Position numbers and translations under genes: made by a program | Shown here: in pieces, positions 1 through 11,909 of the stretch | Position numbering within the stretch: position 1 is the stretch's first letter | How the letters are laid out: the number at the start of each line of letters is the position of its first letter | Assembly: GCF_004010195.1 (NCBI RefSeq) | Contig: NC_057752.1 | Coordinates: forward strand, 6,274,044-6,338,043 | From: Chiloscyllium plagiosum | Lineage: Eukaryota | Reading direction: 5' to 3' | Length of the DNA stretch: 64,000 nucleotides | The notes under the pieces: generated by a model | Told to the model about the DNA's origin: nothing | What the model saw: only the letters and a program-made list of their open reading frames with translations | The model's database searches: none

Positions 1-111
1 AAAATTCACACAGGGGATGAGGGCATCACTGACTGGGCCAGCATTTATTGCCCATCCCAGAGGGTAGTTACGAGTCAACCACATTGCCGTGGGTCTGGAG
101 TCACATGTAGG

Positions 112-296
112 CCAGGCTGGTACAATTGCAACATTTAAAAGGCATTTGGATGGGTACATGAATAGGAAGGGTTTGGAGGGATATAGGCCGGGTGCTGGCA
201 GGTGGGACCAGATTGGGTTGGGATATCTGGTCGGCATGGACGGGTTGGACCGAAGGGTCTGTTTCCATGCTGTACGTCTCTGACTCTGACTCTGAC
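112..296 (+). mobile_element. CR1/HER1 LINE 3' end nested in an older repeat (1-510)
   Basis: AGTIATFKRHLDGYMNRKGLEGY plus 3' UTR ending in (tctgac)n; the host repeat resumes after it. Confidence 0.85.
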
Positions 297-1894
297 CAGA
301 TAAGGATGGAGTTTCCTTCCCGAAAGGATATTAGTGAACCAGATGGGTTTTTCCTGACCACTGACATCATTAGACTCTTATTTGAAGATTTGTATTAAAT
401 TTAAATTCCACCATCTGCCATGGCAGGATTTATACCCAAATCCCCAGACCATTACCTAGGTCTCCGGAATTAGAGTCTAGCAATAATACCACTGGGCCAT
501 CACCTCTCTTACAGGTGATTTGTTCCTCCCTCTCCTACTAGCCTTCTTCCCCAGGACAGGATATACTGTTCCCCCTCACCCAGATGCCTCACAAGAAATT
601 CAATCTTAGCCTCTGTGGCCCAATACTATTTGTCAACCTGGGGAGGCTAGAGTTCAAACAATGACTGGATCCAAATGAGATCACCTGGTATTTCATTATG
701 AATTAGGCTTTATAGCCTTGGGATTTGTCTCTGTGTGAAACTTGATGTGATCACTCTGATTGAATAAATAGAGAAAAAATATTTCTGTTGGCTGGGGAAT
801 CTAACAGTAGGGAAAACCATTTGTATGTGCAAAGTGTGATATAGGTTTAAAGCTTCCTTCTACCATTTCTCCCGCAAGAAAAATGCTGGGGTTTGTATTC
901 CACACAAGTCTTCTCCCAGCTTGTCTTTTCCAATTTGATCATCGTAACCCACCATCCCTTATTCTCCTATTTGTTGTCTAACGTCGCTTTAAATAGGTCC
1001 TTACCATTTACCTCAACCACTCCTTGTGATAACAAGTTCCACATTCTCAGCAGTTTCTTGGTCATTTGTGAGAATAATGCATTGATGTTAACTATAAGTT
1101 AAATGAAGGTAATGTTTGTGTGTTCACGCAGTCAGAGCCATCTTTAATCATCAAATTATCCAGCAATGTTCATTTGACTTATTCAAAACAAACCTTATTC
1201 CAAGATCACTTGAGAAGAAGCAAACTCAACATTCAAGGCAAAGTGTGATTCAGGAAGATCACTCCTTTGGTGCTGAGATACACATCTTCTCTTCATCTAT
1301 TATGCTACAGATTTAAAAGGTATATTCCTTGGATACAGCTTGCAATATTGTGCCCAAGTTCTGCTGTGGCTGCAGTAGCACAGTTAAATAAAGTTTAATG
1401 TGCTTAGGCAATCAGCTGCGAGTGCCTACAGACCTCTGCAATGATTCAGACAAACGAGAGGCAACCAAGAGAGAGATTGAGCCAGATTAGGCAGGAAAAG
1501 GGAATTCTAAATGGACAACAGGGTGAGATCCTTGCATTGATAGTTTGACTAACAATTAATAGTAAAGAGGAAATGATGTACAGCTCCGTAATTGATCAAA
1601 GACAGACAAGAACGAAGAAAGCAGAAATACTAGACACCTCAGACACTGCATTGATCTTTCCAACAGCCCTCCAGCACTGCAAACAAATTGGAAGTAAATA
1701 ATAATGGATGTACTTGCCCTAATTCTCAAATAAACAATATGTTAACTCGATAATGAAAGGTCAGAACTAAAAGATTGTATACATGTGTTTTTCTCAATTT
1801 CCTAAATCATCATAGAATTTATTTGTTTTTATTATTTATTCACAATTTAAGGTTTTTTAAAAGAATGAACACTAGGCATTGTAATTATATGTCA

Positions 1895-2115
1895 AAGAGA
1901 GTGGGGTTGGAAAAACACAGCTGGTCAGGCAGCATCTGAGGAGCAGGAGAATCGACATTTCAAGCATAAGCTCTTCATCAGGAATGAGCAAATGGCCCAA
2001 GGGGGCTGAGAGATAAATGGGGGTGGGGGTGGGAGGGGCGAAGGTCGCTGGGAATGCGAGAGGTCGATGAAAGTGGGGGTGATGGTGATAGGTCGGAGAG
2101 GAAGGTGAAGCGGCT
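1895..2115 (-). mobile_element. Short Penelope-like repeat terminus with hammerhead-like motif (1950-1985)
   Basis: Minus strand reads attc-CTGATGA-A-GAGC-TTAT-GCTT-GAAA-TGTC-gattctcctgctcctcagatgctgcctgacc. The Penelope assignment is inferred. Confidence 0.6.
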
Positions 2116-2614
2116 GGAACTCATTGTGAAAGTGAATTCAGTGGCTTTAAGTCTGGTGCTACTCGAGCTCCCTCCTTCCGATGCCACTTATTAAGTATAG
2201 CCAGGCCTCTCAATTCAGCAGAGCCAAGTTCACACAGTACAGAATCAACACAGCTGGATTTGGTGACTCTACCAACCACTCTGTGACCCTTTATTCCAAA
2301 AGATGCAAAGTATTGGCTCTGAGGGAGCAGTTTTATTTTAAATAGTCAATTGTGTGACCTTTCACCCATGGAAAATGAAAATTGACAACTTAGCCCAGTG
2401 TTGCTTTCCAATTTGACTTAAATGGCCATTATGGAGAAAAGCCAGGCAACTGTGGACAGTCTAAATACCACATTATCCACGAGTCACACTTTTGTTTATA
2501 AAAATACTTGAGAAAAACTCTCGCTTCCCAGCAGCTGTCATCAGATAGGACAGAGTCACATATGACACAGAAGGAAGCCATTTAATCGATCGAGTCTATG
2601 CTTGCTTCTCATGG

Positions 2615-2749
2615 AGCAATCCGGCCAGTTCCATTCTCTCCTTCTCACTCCCCACCATCCATATCGAGTGTCTAACTCCCCTACAACTTAACTCTCATAC
2701 AGCAATCTGGCCAGTTCTGTTCTCCCCACTTCACTCCCCACCATCCATA
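2615..2749 (+). repeat. Local direct duplication of about 48 bp
   Basis: agcaatc[ct]ggccagttc...cactccccaccatccata at about 2616-2662 and 2701-2749. Confidence 0.75.
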
Positions 2750-2879
2750 CAACTCAGCAAACTCACCACAAAGGCAGGACTGACATATAAAGAACGACTA
2801 AGTCGGCTGGGCTTATACTCACTGGAATTTAGAAGAATGAGGGGGGAGTCTCATAAAAACATATAAAATCCTGATAGGG

Positions 2880-3978
2880 GGCTGTACAGGACATTGGTTA
2901 GGCCAATTGTTGGAATATTGTGTGCAATTCTGGTCTTCTTCCTATCGGAAAGATGTTGTGAAACTTGAAAGGGTTCAGAAAAGATTTACAAGGATGTTGT
3001 CATGGTTGGAGGATCTGAGCTACAGGGAGAGGCTGAACAGGCTGGGGCTGTTTTCCCTGGAGCGTCGGAGGCTGAGGGGTGACCTTATAGAGGTTCACAA
3101 AATTATGAGGGGTATGGATAGGATAAATAGGCAAAGTCTTTTCCCTGGGGTTGGGGAGTCCAGAACTAGAGGGCATAGGTTTAGGGTGAGAGGGGAAAGA
3201 TATAAAAGAGACCTAAGGGGCAACCTTTTCACGCAGAGGGTGGTACGTGTATGGAATGAGCTGCCAGAGGATGTGGTGGAGGCTGGTACAATTGCAACAT
3301 TTAGAACAAAGAACATAGAACATAGAACAGTACAGCACAGAACAGACCCTTCAGCCCACGATATTGTGCCGACCACTGATCCTCATGTAGGCACCCTCAA
3401 ATTTCTGTGACCATATGTATGTCGAGGAGTCTCTTAAATGTCCCCAATGACCCTGCCTCCACAACTGCTGCTGGCAACGCATTCCATGCTCTCACAACTC
3501 TCTGTGTAAAGAACCCGCCTCTGACATCCCCTCTATACTTTCCTCCAACCAGCTTAAAACTATGACTCCTCGTGTTAGTAATTTCTGCCCTGGGAAATAG
3601 TCTCTGGCTATCGACTCTATCTATGCCTCTCGTTACCTTGTATACCTCAATTAGGTCCCCTCTTCTCCTCCTTTTCTCCAATGAAAAAAGTCCGAGCTCA
3701 GTCAACCTCTCCTTATAAGATAAGCCCTCCAGTCCAGGCAGCATCCTGGTAAACCTCCTCTGAACCCGCTCCAAAGCATCCACATCTTTCTTATAATAGG
3801 GCGACCAGAACTGGACGCAGTAAAGGCATTTGGATGGGTATATGAATAGGAAGGGTTTGGAGGGATATGGGCTGGGTGCTGGCAGGTGGGACTAGATTGG
3901 GTTGGGATATCTGGTCGGCATGGACGGGTTGGACCGAAGGGTCTGTTTCCATGCTGTACATCTCTATGACTCTATGAC
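2880..3978 (+). mobile_element. CR1/HER1 LINE 3' fragment interrupted by an opposite-strand CR1 (about 3303-3821)
   Basis: LEYCVQFWS...LERVQKRFTRML...WNELPE ORF2 C-terminus and ctctatga tail. The nested minus-strand copy encodes DALERVQRRFTRMLPGL...WNALP and has a (gaacata)n tail. Confidence 0.92.
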
Positions 3979-4847
3979 TGGGCAGGCCAGATGTGGGAAG
4001 AATATTCTTGATGTTGGTTAAGTCCAGAACTAGAAGTCACAGTCTAAAAATAAGGGGTAAGCCATTCAGGATTGAGATGAGGAAGAATTTCTGCAGAGTA
4101 GAACCTGTAGAAGTCTCTACAAAAAGCTGCTGGGGCCAATTTGTTACATATATTCAAGAGGGAGCTGGACGTGGCCCTTGCAGCTAAAGGGATCAAGAGG
4201 TATGGAGAGAAAGCAGGAGTGGGATGCTGAAATTGCATGAAGGGCTGAATGGCCTGCTCCTGCACCTATTTTCAATGTTTCTACAGGAAAACCCATTACT
4301 GCTTGACTGTATTACAGGAGCTCATGGTTCAGAAAGCCAACATGAGTGAGAACCGTTGACCCCCAATCCTAAATATTAGTTAGTAATATTAATATTAAAC
4401 AAAAGAGTTCTGAGGGAAGTGCCACTTGACCAGAAACGTTAACTGTGATTTCTCTCCACAGGTGTTGCCAGACCTGCTGAGCTTTTCCAGCAATTTCTGT
4501 TTTTGTCCCTAAGTACTAGTTTTGTTTCAACTATACCATTCAGGATTCATTAAACCGTCAATCTTTACAAATGAAAGAGCTCTTTGATGATCCCTCTCAA
4601 ACAGAGTTGCTGAATTAAGTCTCCCACTGTGTAATGTGCCTAGTAGTTTACCGGACTAAAAGACTTCATTAAGGAGAAAACAGGGGTTAGAATGTCTGAG
4701 AAAATCTGTCTCTTACAAGTAGCTATTTTTTTTAAAGAGGGAGGGAGTTGACGAATTTAAATGAATGGAACCAGGCTTTCAGAGACGTGGCCAGTTCAAT
4801 TCATTCACCAGCAAACCAAATAAGCTTAAAATAAACAATCATCTTAC

Positions 4848-4885
4848 CTTGGGCTCACATTTCTTGTGGCTTGCTAACTTGCAGA
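4848..4885 (-). CDS. tns2: Tensin (TNS2-like) 38-nt coding exon, C-terminal part of C1 domain
   Basis: Minus strand reads tttctctctctctctctcctccag|TCTGCAAGTTAGCAAGCCACAAGAAATGTGAGCCCAAG|gtaaga; phase 1 to 0. Joined to 17301-17415 it gives (V)CKLASHKKCEPK, cf. TNS2 VCKVATHRKCEAK. No further downstream exon was found in 1-4847, so the gene continues left of the window. Confidence 0.9.
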
Positions 4886-6279
4886 CTGGAGGAGAGAGAG
4901 AGAGAGAAATAAAGCAAACGTAAGGTCAAGATTGGAGGGAATCAGTTAGAACTCTTGATAAAATTGGAGACGCCTTGACTGTTGGGCACTTTCCAAAGCT
5001 TCCCCTGACATTCTCAAGCTATGTTAGCAATGCTGATCAACTTGGCTATAAAGAGAAGTCCTGTACTGCATTACCAACACAACAAGAAGAATGCAGCTCG
5101 GCTGTTTCTCAGCCACTTAGGCAGATTGCATGTGGCCTCAGGAGATATCTACAGATTTCCAAATATGCCATTTTTCATCGTTGGCATTTTGATCAAAATG
5201 TTACAAAAAAAGGGTCATTTTATTCTACAGATATCCATCATCCCAAAGTTCTCTTAGACAATAAAAATAATTGTACAGTTTATATCATGCATCGTGAAAT
5301 GACTGGAGAAAGTATCACGGAATATTTCACGGAAGAATATATGTTCTTAAGTATGTCAATTATTAGATGACGAATTGGCATGTAACAATGCCACATTGGA
5401 GCCATGCAACACAAAATAAAGATCTAGCCAGCATAACTTTGGAGGTCTAGAATAACAGAGACTTGGTCAGCAAAACCATTAAACCCAGCAAATCCATCAA
5501 CAAAGGTACATTCAAAGGTGAAAAAATAAACGTTTTTTTATTTTCCCTCTTTTCAGGCTGTGAATTGTGCTCAGATGTTTACAGGTGGTGCCTCTGCTCG
5601 GGGCAGAATCTGTTCTGAAAGCTATCAAAATTTGGACTGCACCTAATTTCTGGTAGAATTTGCCTGTAGTAGAAACCTGTCCCTGCCAGTGGAGCAATCT
5701 CAAATTTTGGCTGATGGTGAGGTGAAATTTCCAGGCCTCCACTGGCAGGGAGCCTCACTAAATTTGCTCATTGTGGTTCTGAAGGGACACAGCCATAAAC
5801 CGTGGAAATAATATTCATGGATTAATTTAGAAAGAATACAAAAGGGTGACTGTTTTCACACTGGAGAATAAGAATAAATGGCCACATTGAAGCCAAGGTA
5901 AAGCAGAATTAATGCACCATTTCCAAGATGGAAATGTGGCCCGGATTAGTCATCAAATCTGTGGGGTATCATAAATCATCTGTGGAAGGAGCTGATTATT
6001 CCACCTCAGCTGGCAATCTTCATAAATATGGCTAGTGAGTCCATCCTTTTTTGCTGTGCCAAACCTATTGTTTCTTTACAGTGTGTTACTAATTAGAATT
6101 CTACTCTGCTGTGCACCACCAGGTCTTCTGTCAGTTGTTGGCCAGTGTACTAAGATGAGTGCTGGCTTTATTGGGAAGACTGAAGAGACTGTCTTCAGTC
6201 CACCATTGCAAACTCATTCCTGATTGAGTCTCTAATCTCTTTTCTGGCAATTGCCTGAAGGTGAGCCAAACTGTTCATA

Positions 6280-6505
6280 ACCTTAACGTCACATTCAACT
6301 CTGAGATGAGTTTCCAATCCACATGTTCATACTATCACCAAGACCACCTAGTCCTATCTCCATAAAATCACTTGATTTCACACTTGTCTCAGCTCGTCTG
6401 CTCCTGAAACCTCCATCCATGCCTCTGTTACCTCTAGACTTAACTATTTGAATGCTCTCCCACATTTAACCCTCAGAGAACTCATCCAAATCTCTGCTGG
6501 CCCTG
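6280..6505 (+). mobile_element. L2-type LINE fragment
   Basis: atccatgcctctgttacctctagacttaactat encodes an IHA(F)VTSRL(D)Y-like motif; a related copy lies at about 32430-33000. Confidence 0.7.
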
Positions 6506-6514
6506 CATGCCTGT

Positions 6515-6830
6515 GGAGAAACCACAGGGATAGAGCAAGGTCACGGAGACCCAACTGGAGAGGCTGTTCGGAGGGAACAAAGTCACAGGGGAGCCAGCAG
6601 GAGAGGCCACATGGGACAGAAAAAGATCACAGGGAGCCAACAGGAGAGAGCGAGGTCATGGGATAGCCAACAGTAATGGTCACTGGGACAGAGGAAGATC
6701 ACAGGGAAATGCTGCCAAATGTTAGGGGGCCATACCTTCAGGAGAGGCCACGTGAACAGAGTGAGGAAACAGGGGGACAGCGACCAGGTCAGAGGGAGGC
6801 AACGAGGTAAGGCTGTTAGGTCACAGGGTG
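6515..6830 (+). repeat. Degenerate purine-rich tandem repeat
   Basis: Recurrent cacaggg, gagcca[ag]caggagag and gggacaga motifs at irregular spacing. Confidence 0.5.
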
Positions 6831-8502
6831 GCTGTCAATTGCTGCCATCTGGTCAAGGTGGTTTGGCTAGAAAAGGCTACTCAGACAGACAGGTCACTGG
6901 GACAATATGGCACCTTCATTCAGGATGGCAGCAACTGAGGCCTAGTTGGTAGTGATTTCACAAGAGAGTGGGCCTGGACTTGAATTACTTCCCTTAACAT
7001 TGACCCACAATAAGCAGGATGGAGTGGGAATGCTCAGGACAACAAGGTATGTGGTGCGTGTGTGGTGTGCATGTGTGACAGATTCCCTGTCTCCGCAGTG
7101 GAGTCTCCAATCATTTTGGCTATCCCTGACGTTGGACCAAAGACCTTGCTCCACCAGACTTGTGTGATAGTGAGCATCATCCACCCCATTTTAAAACAAA
7201 ACCTTGCACAAGCAATTTTCACATCTTCAAAATTTAGTTCAGGACCTGGAATGTCAGGACCCTCATGGACATTCCCAGCAGTGACAGAGCTAAATGTTAT
7301 GCCACTATCATAACTGAGAAACTCTGGTGTTCTAAATCAATATCACTGCCCTGGGTGAGACACTGCTGACAGAATAAGACCAGCTCAGAGAACAGATATT
7401 GGCCTGAGAGGGAGCACAGGTTTATCCAAAAAAAAACCTTGTCTCTTTGAAAGAGCTATCATAATTAGTCCCAAGCATACACTTCATGATTTTAATCTAG
7501 ACTGTAAATTCCTCATTATCAATTATCTGCAAACTCCCTTTTGGGACTTTATGGACTCGAGTTCCATTTGGGTTTAATGAAGGTGGAATACTCAAAACAT
7601 TCTTGAAATATCCCAAAGTTAAAAAAACTAAAAGAAAGACCCGAGGCTCCTCCTGAAGTGTTTAATTCATCTAACCAAAAAGAGTAGAAGTTGCAAGACT
7701 GCTGAGGTGAGACACAAGTTAAATAAAACAAGGTTGAGTCTACAGCACAGAAACAGGCCATTGACTCAACTAATTTATGCTAGTGTTGATACTCCATATG
7801 AACTGCCCCACTCTCATTCCCTCTTCCAACCTTGCCCCCCTCATTTCCCTTGATCCTTTTTTTCATCATCAAAGCCTCCCACTACTGTATCAATACTCGC
7901 TGCTTGAATCACTCGGTATGGCAGTGAAGTTCACATTCTTGTCAATCTCGGATCATAGCTCTCTTACATTTATGCTCGGCCTTCTGGACTCATCCAAAAA
8001 CTGGAAACAGTTCCTCCACATTCACCCTATCAAAGTAATTTCAAATCAAATTGGAAGGAGTTTAATCAGGTCTCCTCTCAGACCTCTCTTCATGATAGAA
8101 GCCCAGCCAGTTCAACAAGACGTATCAGTGAGGACTCAGTAAAAAAATGGAAGCAGGCAGTTTAAGTACACAATATCTTCCTGTCTGGTCCAAATAAATT
8201 TGACTCTTCTGTTTAAAACTTCGACATCCAACCTATCATTTATCAAAACCAAATATGGGGTCAAACTGTGGGCTTAACTGGCCTTCCAGCCAGAACACAA
8301 GAACGTTTATGACACTGAAGGAAGTCATTCAGCCTATTATGTCTGTGCTGGTCAAAAAAAAAGAGCAATCCAGCTTAATCCCATTTTGCAACTCTGGATG
8401 CTTTGTAGGTTACAGCTCTTCAAGAGTCTTTTTTTAAAACATGATGAGAGTTTCTGACTCTGAAGTCCTTTCATGTAGCAAATTCCACTCCATCTGCAAA
8501 CT

Positions 8503-9113
8503 TTTCTGAGCATGAAGTATAGGAGTTGAGAGGATGTTGTGACTGTATAGGACATTGGTTGGGCCACTTTTGGAATTTTGTGTTCAATTCAGGTCTCCCT
8601 CCTATAGAAAGGATGTTGTGGAACTCAAAAGGGTTCAGAAAAGATTTACAAGTTGTTGCCAGAGTTGGAGGATTTGAGCTATAGGGAAAGGCTGAATAGG
8701 TGGGGCTGTTTTCCCTGGAGTGTTGGAGGTTGAGGGGTGGCTTATAAAGGTTTATAAAATCATGAGGGGCATGGATAGGGTAAATAGACAAGGTCTTCTC
8801 CCTGGGTTGCAAGAGTCCAGAACAAGAGGGCATAGGTTTAGGGTGAGAGGTGGAAGATTTAAAATGGACCTAAGAGGCAATCTATTCATGCATAGGGTGG
8901 TTTGTACATGGAATGAGCTGCCAGAGGAAGTGGTGGAGGCTGGTACAATTATAACATTTAAAAGGCATCTGGATGGGATAGGAAGAGGAAGGGTTTAGTA
9001 GGGATATGGGCCAAGTGCTGGCAAATGGGACGAGATTAGGCTAGGATATCTGGTCGACATGATGAGTCGGACCGAAGGGTCTGTTTCTGTACTGTACATC
9101 TACATGACTCTAC
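8503..9113 (+). mobile_element. CR1/HER1 LINE 3' fragment
   Basis: Degenerate ORF2 C-terminus (KIMRGMDRV...RTRGHRFRV...WNELPEEVVEAG) and 3' UTR. Confidence 0.9.
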
Positions 9114-9237
9114 AACTCCCCTCTAATTCTCCTATCTGTCCCCTGGCTATTGGTCTCTCCGCTGACAGAAATAGTTCCTATTCACTCCATCTCAGCCCCC
9201 CCACAGTTTTACACACTTTTTCAACATTGTCTGGAAA

Positions 9238-11013
9238 TAGAGTCATAGAGATGTACAGCATGGAAACAGAACCTTCGGTCCAACCCGTCCATGCCGACCA
9301 GATATCCCAACCCAATCTAGTCCCACCTGCCAGCACCCGGCCCACATCCCTCCAAACCCTTCCTATTCTTATACCCATCCAAATACCTCTTAAATGTTGC
9401 AATTGTACCAGCCTCCACCACATCCTCTGGCAGCTCATTCNNNNNNNNNNNNNNNNNNNNNNNNNNNNNNNNNNNNNNNNNNNNNNNNNNNNNNNNNNNN
9501 NNNNNNNNNNNNNNNNNNNNNNNNNNNNNNNNNNNNNNNNNNNNNNNNNNNNNNNNNNNNNNNNNNNNNNNNNNNNNNNNNNNNNNNNNNNNNNNNNNNN
9601 NNNNNNNNNNNNNNNNNNNNNNNNNNNNNNNNNNNNNNNNNNNNNNNNNNNNNNNNNNNNNNNNNNNNNNNNNNNNNNNNNNNNNNNNNNNNNNNNNNNN
9701 NNNNNNNNNNNNNNNNNNNNNNNNNNNNNNNNNNNNNNNNNNNNNNNNNNNNNNNNNNNNNNNNNNNNNNNNNNNNNNNNNNNNNNNNNNNNNNNNNNNN
9801 NNNNNNNNNNNNNNNNNNNNNNNNNNNNNNNNNNNNNNNNNNNNNNNNNNNNNNNNNNNNNNNNNNNNNNNNNNNNNNNNNNNNNNNNNNNNNNNNNNNN
9901 NNNNNNNNNNNNNNNNNNNNNNNNNNNNNNNNNNNNNNNNNNNNNNNNNNNNNNNNNNNNNNNNNNNNNNNNNNNNNNNNNNNNNNNNNNNNNNNNNNNN
10001 NNNNNNNNNNNNNNNNNNNNNNNNNNNNNNNNNNNNNNNNNNNNNNNNNNNNNNNNNNNNNTCCAAATGGCTAGTTCTCCCTGTATTCCAAGAGATCTAA
10101 CCTTGCTAATCAGTCTCCCATGGGGAACCTTGTCGAACACCTTACTGAAGTCCATAGAGATCACATCTACTGCTCTGCCCTCATCAATCTTCTTTGTTAC
10201 TTCTTCAAAAAACTCAATCAAGTTTGTGGGACATGATTTCCCACGCACAAAGCCATGTTGACTGTCTCGAATCAGTCCTTGCCTTTCCAAATACATGTAC
10301 ATCCTGTCCCTCAGGATTCCCTCCAACAACTTGCCCACCACCGAGGTAAGGCTCACCGATCTATAGTTCCCTGGCTTGTCTTTACCGCCCTTCTTAAACA
10401 GTGGCACCACGTTTGCCAACTTCCAGTCTTCCGGCACCTCACCTGTGACTATCGATGATAACAAATATCTCAGCAAGAGGCCCAGCAATCACTTCTCTAG
10501 CTTCCCACAGAGTTCTCGGGTACACACTGATTAGGTCTTGGGGATTTATCCATCTTTAACCGTTTCATGACATTCCGCACTTTCTCCCCTGTAATCTGGA
10601 CATTTTGCAAGATGTCACCATCTATTTCCCTACAGTCTATATCTTCCATATCCTTTTCCACAGTAAATACTGATGCAAAATATTCATTTAGTATCTCCCC
10701 CATTTTCTGTGGCTCCACACAAAAGCCACCTTGCTGATCTTTGAGGGGCCCTATTCTCTCCCTAGTTACCCTTTTGTCCTTAATACATTTGTAAAAACCC
10801 TTTGGATTCTCCTTAATTCTATTTACCAAAGCTATCTCATGTCCCCGTTTTGCCCTCCTGATTTCCCTCTTAAGTATACTCCTACTTTTCTACTTTTCTA
10901 AGGATTCACTCGATCTATCCTGTCTATACCTGACACATGCTTCCTTCTTTTACTTAACCAAACCCTCAATTTCTTTCGTCATCCAGCATTCCCTATACCT
11001 ACCAGCCTTCCCT
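9238..11013 (-). mobile_element. CR1/HER1 LINE, ORF2 RT region to 3' end (spans the gap)
   Basis: IKENPKGFYK..., VPEDWKLANVVPLFKKGGKDKPGNYRSVSLTSVVGK...QHGFVRGKSC...DFSKVFDKVPH; 3' UTR at 9238-9440. Confidence 0.95.
9441..10061. other. Assembly gap (621 N) inside a CR1 LINE
   Basis: Run of N flanked on both sides by same-orientation CR1 ORF2 sequence. Confidence 1.
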
Positions 11014-11909
11014 TTGTTGAGGATTTAAACACGATCAGGTGAGTGGGCAATGGGGGAAATGTGAAAGTGAATAGACTTTGAGTAGGTAAAATCAGGCCCA
11101 TTAACAGTGGGCTGAGCTGGAGGTACACAGGCAGTTTTCACTTAGACAAAATGACCAGACACACTGCATCTCACTCCTTCATTGATCTGAGAAACATGAT
11201 TCAGTGGCTGGCAAAAGATGGGGATGGAGTGCTCAGAAGCATTTACTGTAATGCAGAATATTTCTCTGCAATGACAGTCAGGGACTTTCCAATTCACATC
11301 CTAATAATTTTAAACTGGCCTGTTTAACGACAAGTGCCAAATGAATTAGTTTGACAGGATTCCAGAGTTATTTACATTTTTCAGCAGCTCGTCAAGAAGG
11401 TAAAAATAGTGTCCAAGAATGAAAACAGATAAAGTCAATAGGACAGCATAGACACCAAGATCATTTCAGCAAAGTGACATTGTGGGGGAAATTCACATTC
11501 AAAACATTAGTGTCACTTTAAGTTTCTACTGGGTCTGTCTCCTCCAGTGATACAGGCCCCTGCTAGACCTGACTCTCCCAAAGACCCAGGCTCCTGCTGG
11601 TCTATTATTCAAGCTAGATGTGACATTAAACTGCACTGAGACATTATGGGGTGGAGAAACTGCGTAGTCTCTGATACGAAAGTCATCCAGTTCTCAGATT
11701 GAAGCTTTCTGGGGAATGACTTGTGCTTCTCTATTGATTTGTATTTGTTTATTATGCTACTGTGTCTCTCCACCACACCCCTATTTCTTATTTTAGCATC
11801 TGAGTGCCTTCTCTTGAAATTGCAGTTTTTAAGATAAAGTATGGGGTCCTTTTATCATCCCATTAACAGGACACAATAATCTTTAAGTGGTTTTAAGGGT
11901 GAAAAAATG

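Noticed and set aside
2767..2779. 13-nt pseudo-exon with a gtgagt donor, considered as the next tensin exon
   Set aside because: Wrong length and phase, does not encode the expected V-x-x-x-C continuation, and the acceptor lies at the edge of a CR1 fragment.
9059..10488. Longest ORFs in the track (226-436 aa)
   Set aside because: They read through the 621-N gap, and the real residues are CR1 ORF2 or its antisense; not a host gene.
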